Positions 54,231 through 64,000 of a stretch of DNA of 64,000 nucleotides are shown here, piece after piece (positions within the stretch are counted from its first letter, which is position 1; each line of letters begins with the position of its first letter). A model generated the notes under the pieces. The model did no database searches. It was not told the DNA's origin and was given only the letters and a program-made list of their open reading frames with translations. The position numbers were made by a program, and so were the translations under genes. Source of the DNA: the human T2T-CHM13v2.0 reference genome, Homo sapiens; the NCBI RefSeq assembly GCF_009914755.1, contig NC_060932.1; one strand, written 5' to 3'.

Positions 54231-56465
54231 AAACAAGACATAGAACATTATATCAGAAAAGTTTCTGTCTACTTTCAATTTCCAGTTTCCAGAAGCTTAA
54301 TGTGTTTAAAAAAACAAACCAGGAACAAAAGAAAACTCCAAAGGAAGCCTAAGTCATACAAATATCCATTTCAATGGGTATTACCACTTCTGTTTAAATA
54401 AATGAGAAGAAAGCCCCACTATTTACATAATTAAGGTCTGCCTGGCAACCCAAAAACTTCTTGAGTCCACAACTTGCAAGTTGGAAAATCTGGGGATAAA
54501 CTACATGTATGCTCCAATGGCAAAATCCTCGGTGGAGCTCTGTTTCCTTAAAATTTTTTTTTTTTTTTTTGTTAAACTGAGAAAAGCAGACACATATTAT
54601 TAGAGCATATTTAATCCTATTACCAGGGCTTACTCAGCCACAAGGAGAAATTCTACTATTTTTTTTTAAGTGCCATTACCCTATTCAGAGTGCTCACCAC
54701 CCTGACACAATTAATGCAATGTATTTTTAATTGTGTAGCAGGTCAAAGTGATAGCATCCAAAGCTCTGGGTTTTCACATTCAGTGTCAGAAATTCTTGCT
54801 GCCACAGGAATATCTTTCAGTTGGTTCAGACTCATATAAGCAGTGACACCCAGTGGATGGAAACATCTCATCTCAAGCAAGAACCTCTCGGCTCTCTGCC
54901 CTCCACCCCCATCTCCTCTCTCCAGGGAAAGATTTTTGTAAGTGCTTTGTTTCTCTGACCTTACAATTCTCCACAGGAAAGGAATTTATCAGATTGCCTA
55001 ATGCCAGCCAGCTTTTCTTTAAAATTTACTCAAATTAAAAAGACTCAGACCTTTCCCTTGCACTGAAGACATTTAAACCTATCAAAATTTGTTCAACTAA
55101 TCGGATATTTGGATTCTAGAAATAAAAGCAGATTTACAAGTATAAGGATAAAAGAGGAAGTTGCTCAATTAATTTCCTACATTTTGCAGTTAAAAAAATG
55201 TAATTGCTAGCAGAAATCATGGCTTTATTATTTATTCATTGCAAATCATTTAGAGCATATTAAACTAAATTTGTGAGGAAAAAGTAATATAAACTGTGGA
55301 CTGAAACCATCTTCATTCCAAATGATGGCTATCAATAAAGACATATCCACTCTAATGCAACCATTTTATTAAGATTAACTGTTTCAGCTGCTCTCACAAT
55401 ATGGAATAAATGGCTTCCTCTGATTTGAAGATAATACAAAATGTAAATCTTTTTAAAAAGCTCTAACATATAGCTTTTTATTCCATAAACTCTTCTGAGC
55501 AATCATTTTTAATAAAATTCCTTCAAAGGCAAAGATGGGGTCTTATTTTATTTTGTTTGCAAGACAAATTATTTTTTTTCCTTCTGTGTAATTAGTTCCA
55601 AAGGAGGTATTAATTCACCTTTATGTAGATCTTTGTCTAGAATCAAGTGTTAGCATAGGTTCTCTTAGTTACTGAAATACAAGTCAAGGAAGCACCTACA
55701 GAAAAACATTGATGGTGGGGTAGAGGTTAACATAACTTTTCCTTACTTTGTCAAAATCACTACCTACTCTGGTGTCTCTGGTTTTCAAAGTGGGTCTCTG
55801 GCATGGATGTGCATATTTCTTGCATGAAGAATTGAGGGGATTTGGGAAGCAACGAAACCATTACTTGAGTATTATTAAAGTGGCCAACAGCAAAGTTAGG
55901 AAAAGGCAGCAAGCTCTTTGAAATAAAATTACCTTGACGAAATGAGAGTTTGTGCTGGTAATCTAAGCTCAGGAAAAGGAATGTATTTGATTAAAGATAG
56001 TTGATTTAGTTTGCCATAGTTTATCCATATTTCTCAAAGCTCATAGATGCCTAGATACCATGACATGGAGATTGACTGAGAAGGAGAGTATGAAATAATA
56101 TGTTTCAACATGACGCCTAACATGGAATGACATTCCCCAGCAGGAGTGCGTCCATTGGATTCTGCAGGACAGTTACTAAATAGTGCTACCACATGGTAGT
56201 AAGAAGGGACAGAATTTATGGTCTGTTAGGACTTCTCTGACCCAGGGCCCTCCAAAGGCTATATTCTTCCCAAGGCACCAACATCTAAAGGTTTGCCTTT
56301 CGTCTATTCCTTGGGAAAGTAAAATGCAGGTCTGCTGGCTAAGTGCTAGAACAGCAGTAGAGAGGCATCTCCAACTTAGTTCATATGAACTATGGTCATG
56401 CCTGTGCAATTGGAAGAGTACACTCTCTCCCACTCACTAGAACAGTTGTCTTGGCCCTTTCTTTG

Positions 56466-56826
56466 TGCTGTGGTTTGAATGTGTCTACCAAATTTCACGT
56501 GTTGGAAACTTCATCCCCACATTTTTATGTTGGTGGCATTTGGAGATGAGGCATTGGGACATAATTAGAATTAGGTAGTCATCTGGGTAGAGCTCCATGA
56601 CGAGAAGTGGGTTCATAAGAAGAGGAAGAGAGATGTGCGTTGACACACTCTTGCCCTCTTCCCATGTGATAGGCTCCATCATGTTATGACACAGCAAGAA
56701 TGCCATCACCAGATGCTGGAGCCATGATCCTGGACTTCCCAGAACGATGAGATAAATAAGCCTCTATTCTTTATAAATTGCCCAGTCCGTGGTATTTAAT
56801 GATAACAACAGAAAATAACTAAGACA
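56466..56826 (+). mobile_element. MSTC/MSTD-like MaLR solo LTR
   Basis: tgctgtggtttgaatgtgtc...aactaagaca. 5-bp TSD ctttg / ccttg. Confidence 0.88.
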
Positions 56827-58399
56827 CCTTGCTTCAGTCCCCTCCTGAGTTTGCTTTTCTCACCCACTCACAGCTCCGGCACATTCAGTTCCACCCGCTA
56901 ACTCCCATTCCTCTTTGAATATGACTGGTTGCCTTACTTGAAAGAGCATATGTGTGTACACAGCCCCTAAGGTCCAAAAAAGCTCTCCTAGGCCATGCTA
57001 CCCAGATTCCACTATAATCTAGTCACTTAATACAATTTTTCTTATCACTTGAGGAAGGAACACTTTCCCTAATGCCCACGAAGGAACAAGGATTCTGATA
57101 GCTTAAGACTTAAATAACCTAGTGATAAAGGAAGGCAGTGGAAAAGCAAAAAAAAAATAAAAAAATAAAAAAAAAAAGGCAAAGAGACAGAAGGAATGAA
57201 ACATGAAACATGAGTAACGTGAGGTCTGTGATATCCATGTCACTGTAAGGAGATAAAGTTTATTCATTCTTAATACTGTACAGTATTTTATTGTATGGCT
57301 ATACCACTGATTATTCAACCATTTTGCTAATGATCAAAGATTATATTTTAATATCAGTAGTTACTTGTATAAAAGATTGTTGTCTATGAATTTAATTTTA
57401 GAATAGATTTACATGAATAAATAATTACTGTCATATTCACATTGGTCCTTAATAAGATTAATTCTTAATAGGCTATGTCCAGGAGGAGAAGTTGAGCAAA
57501 AACCTTCTTGTCCCAACACAAACACAGACACACACACACAGGTTGAGTGAAAGAAAAGGGGCAGATTGTGTCTGTAAGTTGAATGAACAGTATGAGAAAG
57601 GAAGTAAAGTTACCAAGCTATGCTTGAAACCGACTGAGTTAAGACTATGTTGAGAAAAAAGATTTATGACTGACACCACTGTTTTCCAAACCTTACGTAT
57701 AGAGGTCAATAAGACTCTTATGAAACTCATGGGCTTATTATGGAATAATTTTTATTTATGAATAATAAATAATTTATTATTTTCAGTTTTAAAAACTTTC
57801 TTAAATCTATAGAAGAAATGCAGAATTTGGTTTGGTTGTTTATGCATAGACACACACAAACACATATGTGCACAGGCTGAAAAGCAAATGGTTTATAAGA
57901 CCTGCCTATAGAGGTCCCACAAATGATTGAGTCAGACAGCTACCCCTTTTCTTTATTTAATTGAAAATAAGGTGTATTTTGCAAAATAGAACATACAATT
58001 TACCCACAGGAAGTGTGAATTTATGCAGGTTTCCTATATGAAAGTGTGCCTTGCACTGATCTAAGATAGAGGTCTAATGCCAGTTTAAACCTGATGATAT
58101 ACTCTCTCCCATAGTGCCATAGCAATAATGTTTCTGATAATGAGTTCCTGTGGACTGGCCATTTTCTGTTTCACTACACTCATACACAACTCAGGTTCTG
58201 GCTCAGTCTCATACATGTAACCAGACTTAGTAAGCTCAGGGGACCTAGCTATCCAAGGCAAAGTTGAAAATTTCCTTATCTCCCACATTGTTACAATGAA
58301 TCTGGCTTTAATATGTGTCCCAGTCCTATCAAATTTGACTGTCTACAAAGCTTGAAATGATCACAATTTACCAATTATCCATCTCCTTTTTTTTGTCTG

Positions 58400-58401
<2 letters not shown>

Positions 58402-58440
<39 letters not shown>
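58402..58440. repeat. (TG)n microsatellite
   Basis: Seen directly. Confidence 0.97.
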
Positions 58441-58441
<1 letters not shown>

Positions 58442-59559
58442 ATATATTCATAACAACAAAAATTGTATCATTATAGAATCAGGTATTACCCTGTCCAAGA
58501 ATAAAATCAAATGTTACTCTCTCTTACCTTATTTTTCTAATAATTTATGACTGAATGAAAATGAGACTTAGACACTGTCAATGTAGACTCCTCCCAGCAT
58601 ATTATTACTAAATAAGTCTTTCTGTATACAAGGAAAGGACTTAACGGTTTTTTAAATAATATAATGCATTCTTAACTAAGTTGCTTTTGGCCACAGTGAT
58701 TATTCTGCCCTCTTTTGGAGAGAACTTAATTGGAAGTAAGATTATGAACCAAATCACTTCTTCATATTTACCTGTTTCAGCCAAAACATTGCCCCAATTC
58801 TTCAATTACTTTAACATGGGTTGATAGTATTATAGAAAAATATGCTGATGCAAATTTATAGAACTAAATGAATGAAGGAAGAAGCTGAATATGAAAATAG
58901 GGAATTTTTCCTGTTCTCTTTAAACTTAATGGAAGAGAGGAGAAACCACTATTCTTTTCAATGACGCCAATCAAATGATTTCATTTCTATTAGAGCACTG
59001 TCGAGCTTGTCTAAATCTGGGCACTCAACTCAGAGTCTGGAAGCGGGATGTTGTTATTGTGGAATTAGTCTCTGAGGACTACATGCTTTCACATATTTCA
59101 CTAGTCCCCATGGCAAACCTTGTGTGTGAGCCGCCTAGTATTATTTATTAACTAATGAGGACTTTTCTATTCATTCTTTCCAAACTCGGACATTTACTCA
59201 GAGATCTCATATTATGACCAGGAAATGAATACAAAATTAAGTAGACTTCAAGCTATTATTAATTCAAGCTATATAACATTTTTCTTAGTATCTCTGGATA
59301 ATTGAAGCAATAGTATTTAAAAATCTTCTTTTGATCTTATGAATTATTTCCTCTTGTCTCCATTTCACTTGAAAATCATCAGTGCATCCCTGGGGAAAGC
59401 AGGATTATGACCTCTGCTTCTTGAAACTCAGCTGGTGCTCCTTACTACCATGATCCAAGAAGAAGTCTGCCAAAGAGTTGGGAAGCCATATTTCCTGTTT
59501 GGGTTTATGTTCTGAAGGCTGTGGCCACCCGTTAAAAAAAAAAAAAAATCGGTCACTAA

Positions 59560-60045
59560 TTGTTCCGGTTACTATTGCTACATCACAAAATTAACTCGAA
59601 ATTGAGTGTCTCAAATTAATATTTTTATTATTCTCACAAAGTCTATGTTCTGAAAAAAATTTAGACAGAAAACTGCAGAAACGACTTGTCCCTAATCCAC
59701 GGTATCAAAAGGTATATGGGAAAATTTGGAGGTTGTGGATGACTTAAAGGTTAGAAACTGAAGTCATCTGAAGGTTTCTTCACACACATGTATGGCACAT
59801 GGGCTGGGAGACTTGGGCTACTGCCAAGAGCATTTACAAGAGTCTTCACCACGTGATTTGGGTTTCTCTTAGCATGGTGGCTTCGGAGTAGTTGGAATGT
59901 TTACATGGTAGCTCAGGTCTCCACTTGAAAATATTTAAGTGAAAAAGGGAAAAACTAGATTGCCTTTATGACCTCATCTCATAAGTCACTTCTATCTGCC
60001 AAAGTAGTCACAAGCCTACTCTGAATTATGTAAACCTGCCACAGT
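59560..60045 (-). mobile_element. Old MLT1 MaLR LTR
   Basis: gttactattgctacatcacaaaatta...gtcatctgaagg...cttagcatggtggct. Confidence 0.65.
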
Positions 60046-61789
60046 CATCTAAAGATAGTAGGAACTATCAGAGGCAGTTTCTTAATGAATTCATATGCAT
60101 ATAATATGCTCTTCCTACTAATATTTTCTGTAGAAGTTGCTACACATATCTTTACAAGACATCAACAGAAGCCAGACTACAATTAGTTTCAGGTTATGTC
60201 AGCTTATGACAACAACTATTTGAAAGCTTGAAAATGTATGCAACAGTTTTACTTGAGACCAAGAGACAGTTTGACCTACCTATTTCAGCAGAGCAGCAAG
60301 TTATTAGCTAAATTATTACAAGAGTCCATTCATTTATTTCGTATGTTCACAGATGAGGAAAAGTTAGCTTTCTTTATTTCAATCTGTAGTTTTCAACTTG
60401 CTTAGACTTACTTCTTCTGAAACAAATGGGAATTACCTAGGTTTACAGCCAAACATTTTTGAAAATCCCCAAGACTATATAATTATTACTCAACACATTC
60501 TTCTACTTGGGCATTTGAGTCAAGATTAGTTACCTGCTCAAAAAATAAAAAATAAAAAAGAGAGATAAAATAAAAGCTTGCATATTAAAATGTCTACTTC
60601 CCACTTAGGTGTCACTTAATACTTTATTATATTAATTTATACACCAGTGGCAATTAAAAAGTTATATACATATGAGAAAATCACAGGGAGCTTTCCTTAA
60701 ATTCATGTGTTATTGAATCTAAATGAAGAGAACATTCCAGGTTTAATGGGTACTGTAATCCTTGAGGCCCCACTGTTTCTTAGGGCTCAGTGTAACCCCA
60801 TAGCCTAGAATGATTAGGTTTCAGAGATAGATTTTTTCCAGTAATGCCAAACTGATAAACATCTGAAATTTCAACACAGCTGCTCTGAGTGGTTTCCTTA
60901 TTCCTGTAATCACACTGAGAAATCAAAATTGGAATAAAATATTTGGAACACATTTTCTCTCCTATTTAATGGCCTGTTTGAGTATGTGTGGTGTGGTGAT
61001 GGGTCCAAGGGAGGTGGAATAGGAGTCATGTTTTTTATTACTGTCACTATGTGTTTTTGTGCCTTAATGGAGGCTTTTCTGGTATTTGTCTTTAATTTTC
61101 TTTAGATTCGGATGGTTGAAATTTTCCCATGTATATCTTAGAAGGGGATTTATTTTGAAAGTCAAACTAGCTTTGTCCACTCAAGGAAAGTAAACAGTTG
61201 AAGCAATTATTCTGGTTATGTAGACCCCAAATCACTTTAATCTCCCTTTTAAAAATATTTCAGGTGTCTAATTCCATTTCAGCAACAATGAACTAATTTC
61301 AAAGATGAAAAAGACACTATTTTAACACTCAAATAGCTGCTTTCAGTGCCAACCTAGATAACTAACATACTCTTCCATTCTTTCTTCTGCAATCCTCTGG
61401 TATATGTCTGGGGTCCCATAACAGCCTCTCATTGCTACTATACAAGATTTCTCATGTTAAGGGGCAGACACCAGTGTTTCTAACAGCACATAAGATTCTG
61501 TTTATAAGATTGTGGATATGATAACTTCTTGGAGCTTTCCCTACCTGTAAAACAGCAATAAAACTAGTGCTTACTTCACAGGGCGTGAATGAAACCAAAT
61601 GACACAATATGTGTGAACACAATTTGTAAACTGAAAGCGGCCATAAAAATGCCAATTAATTCAAAGTTCCAGGCCTAAAAATGACTGGCACACATTATAT
61701 GTGAGTTTGTTTATAGGGCCACCGCAGGTGATGTCCATACAGGAAAAGCAGAATAATTGGTGAAATAGTTTCCGATGCATTCATTCATT

Positions 61790-62445
61790 CAGTATGTCAT
61801 GAGAGAGAATAGCAAGGGAAATTTAGATTAGATTGGGGAGTGAGCTGAGATATGAAGGCTGTGTAAGTGTTAATACCCTGAAGATATGGAGAAGAGCGTG
61901 TGTGAATATTGTGAGCCTCAAAAAGCTTGGTGCACTTAATAGACTCAAGAAGAATCTGTTCTCCAGTGTAGCTGGAGTAGAATGAGAAGAGGAAGAGGGC
62001 TTCAGAGTGAAACCAAAAGTTATGCAAGGGATAGACCATTCAGGGTTTGGTAACCTGAGTTAGAAAAGCCTTGGAAAATCTTTGAAGGATTCAAGAAGAA
62101 ACTATTGTGATAAAATTTACATATTTTAAAAATTGCTGAAAATGCTGCTCAGGGAATTGATTAGATGGACAAGACTATTATGACAGTCAGAAGAGGAAAA
62201 AGGTAGGCTTGGATTATGGTGGTAGCAATGAAAATGGAAAGATATGGCCCTAGACAGAACTAATAATGTGGGCTTGGTGATGAATTAAACATATAAGAGT
62301 GTGGGTGAGAAAAATAGCAAGGATCAGTCCTGATCTGTTCCTTCATGAAGCAAAGGGGAGAACTAGTGATATTTTCTAAGATGAAGGCTGGGGGAGGATC
62401 ATATTCTGGATGGAATATCAGTAATTTAACTATGTTAACTTCAGT
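61790..62445 (+). mobile_element. L2 fragment
   Basis: Purine-rich L2 remnant (gtgtagctggagtagaatgag...ggattatggtggtagcaatgaaaatgga). Confidence 0.6.
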
Positions 62446-62479
62446 ATGGTAATAATAGAAACAACAATAGATAATCTGC

Positions 62480-62695
62480 AGTTCACATGTATTAAATAAC
62501 ATATATTTAATGGTACCAGACATTGCACTATGTGTGCATGATTTAGGTAGTAAAATTACCTCCATTTTTCAGATGAGGAAACTGGTATTTATGAAGGTTA
62601 AGTAAAGTACACAAGGTCACATGCCCATAAATAATAGAACTGGGTTTTGAAGCCCCACAGTCTGACTCAAATCCATTTGCAGCACTATACTCTGA
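62480..62695 (-). mobile_element. MIR SINE
   Basis: tccatttttcagatgaggaaactg...caaggtcaca core. Confidence 0.8.
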
Positions 62696-62739
62696 CTTTC
62701 AGATTCACATCTCTACTGGAAGGTGCTGTCCAGTAGTTT

Positions 62740-63175
62740 GAAATGTGGGGCCTGAATTTAAATTTTGGTACGCATAATGCAGTGTGACCTTGGTTCAGGT
62801 AATTTCCTGTCTTAAGTCTCAATGGTCTCACCTCTGAAATGAAGGGAAAAGTACCTACAACCAAAGGGTTGTTATTAAAATTAAATGAGATAAAAACTTA
62901 TTCCTCCTCATAGGAAATAATAAATTAATAAGCCATAAATATAATACATCTGTGCATTATATTTATGTACATATTCTATTTATGTATGTATAATTTTAAT
63001 ACTAATATATATTATATCTACATTAGAGTGAAATACTGTAAGTTTATTATCAAATAATCATCATATTAAAATTAAATGAGATAAAATGTTATTCCTCCTC
63101 ATAGGAAATAATAAATTAATAAGCCATAAATATAATACATGCATGTAAGAGCCTTGTTGGTGTCCTGCCCAGATA
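62740..63175 (+). mobile_element. MIR SINE interrupted by a ~250-bp insertion/duplication
   Basis: gggttgttattaaaattaaatgagataa resumes as gcatgtaagagccttg after the interruption. Confidence 0.65.
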
Positions 63176-63249
63176 CACAAATTCATTTCATGGGCTAATA
63201 AAGATATATAACTTAAATGTTCTACGAAGGATTACCCTTAGCTTTGATT

Positions 63250-63540
63250 AAAGATTCCCGGGGGTTGCAAACCTCATCCTGGGCAGCCAGGTTATGGTGA
63301 CTGGTGCAAGAATACAAAAGTTTCACCCCCTTGTCTCAAGGTATTAATAACTCGTCAGTGCCATTTAAACTCTAGAGTTCCCTGCAGGGTCATGTGAAAT
63401 CTTTACTTAGCTTTTTCATGTTTCCAATTCTTTTTCATTTATTCTCACGTAAGTTTCTCCTGCAAACACTCTTATTATAAATCACCTACACAGTAAACAT
63501 TGACCCAACCTCTGCTTCTAGGGAAGCCAAACAAAGGCAG
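63250..63540 (+). mobile_element. Old ERVL-class (LTR16-like) LTR fragment
   Basis: ataaatcacctaca...ctctgcttctagggaagccaaac...ggca resembles an LTR16 3' end. Confidence 0.45.
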
Positions 63541-64000
63541 CTGAAGCATGGAAAAAAAGACTGGAAAGATATTGAGGAAATCAGCATATTGATATTTTTT
63601 AAGCTACAAAGTTGGATAGGATAGCCTTAGGAAGTGTGTGAAGACAGAGGAAAATTAAACCAAGTTCAAACTTCTAATCCTTCCTAAATGTAGGTGTTGG
63701 GAGGAAAAAATGGAGGAGCTAAAGGAGACTGAGGAGGTAAGTCCAGAAAGTTAGGAAGCAATTCAGATAAGCAGGCACCATTAAATGCACATAAAATGCA
63801 CAATCTAGAAGTAAACAGCTGGTCAAGGAGAATTCCAGACTTAGAGAGAATGGGAAGGAGTACAAGACTCCAAAGGAGAGAACTTAGCAAGAAGAGGTCA
63901 GCCTGCCACAACTGCATAGGAGCTGAAAACAGACTCAATAGATTAGAACAAAATGGTTTATTACATACAGCAGCAAACAGCAGAAACATCAACATGGTAG

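Overview
This is AT-rich, CpG-poor primate (human-like) genomic DNA, intergenic or deep-intronic. No protein-coding gene, RNA gene or CRISPR array is supportable, and every ORF in the track is explained by Alu, L1, LTR or microsatellite sequence or by chance. Much of the window is interspersed repeat: about 11 Alu/FLAM copies, a long decayed L1MC, an ERVL remnant, solo LTRs (LTR2, MLT2A, MER41A, MER52, MER34-group, MaLR), hAT MITEs and MIR/L2 fragments. I found no new gene system. The unexpected signal is a set of locally templated rearrangement scars whose donors lie inside the window: (1) a 51-bp inverted copy inserted next to an LTR2 TATA box; (2) a 103-bp copy preceded by a snap-back hairpin inside an MLT1 LTR; (3) a 136-bp copy spanning an LTR/flank junction; (4) a fold-back inverted duplication with ~330-bp arms; (5) a 77-bp duplication with snap-back; (6) a hairpin-built 27-bp VNTR; (7) possibly an older ~178-bp duplication inside the L1. 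These resemble germline polymerase-theta/MMBIR template-switch repair events of different ages. Repeat subfamily names are from recalled consensus sequences, and identities were counted by eye.
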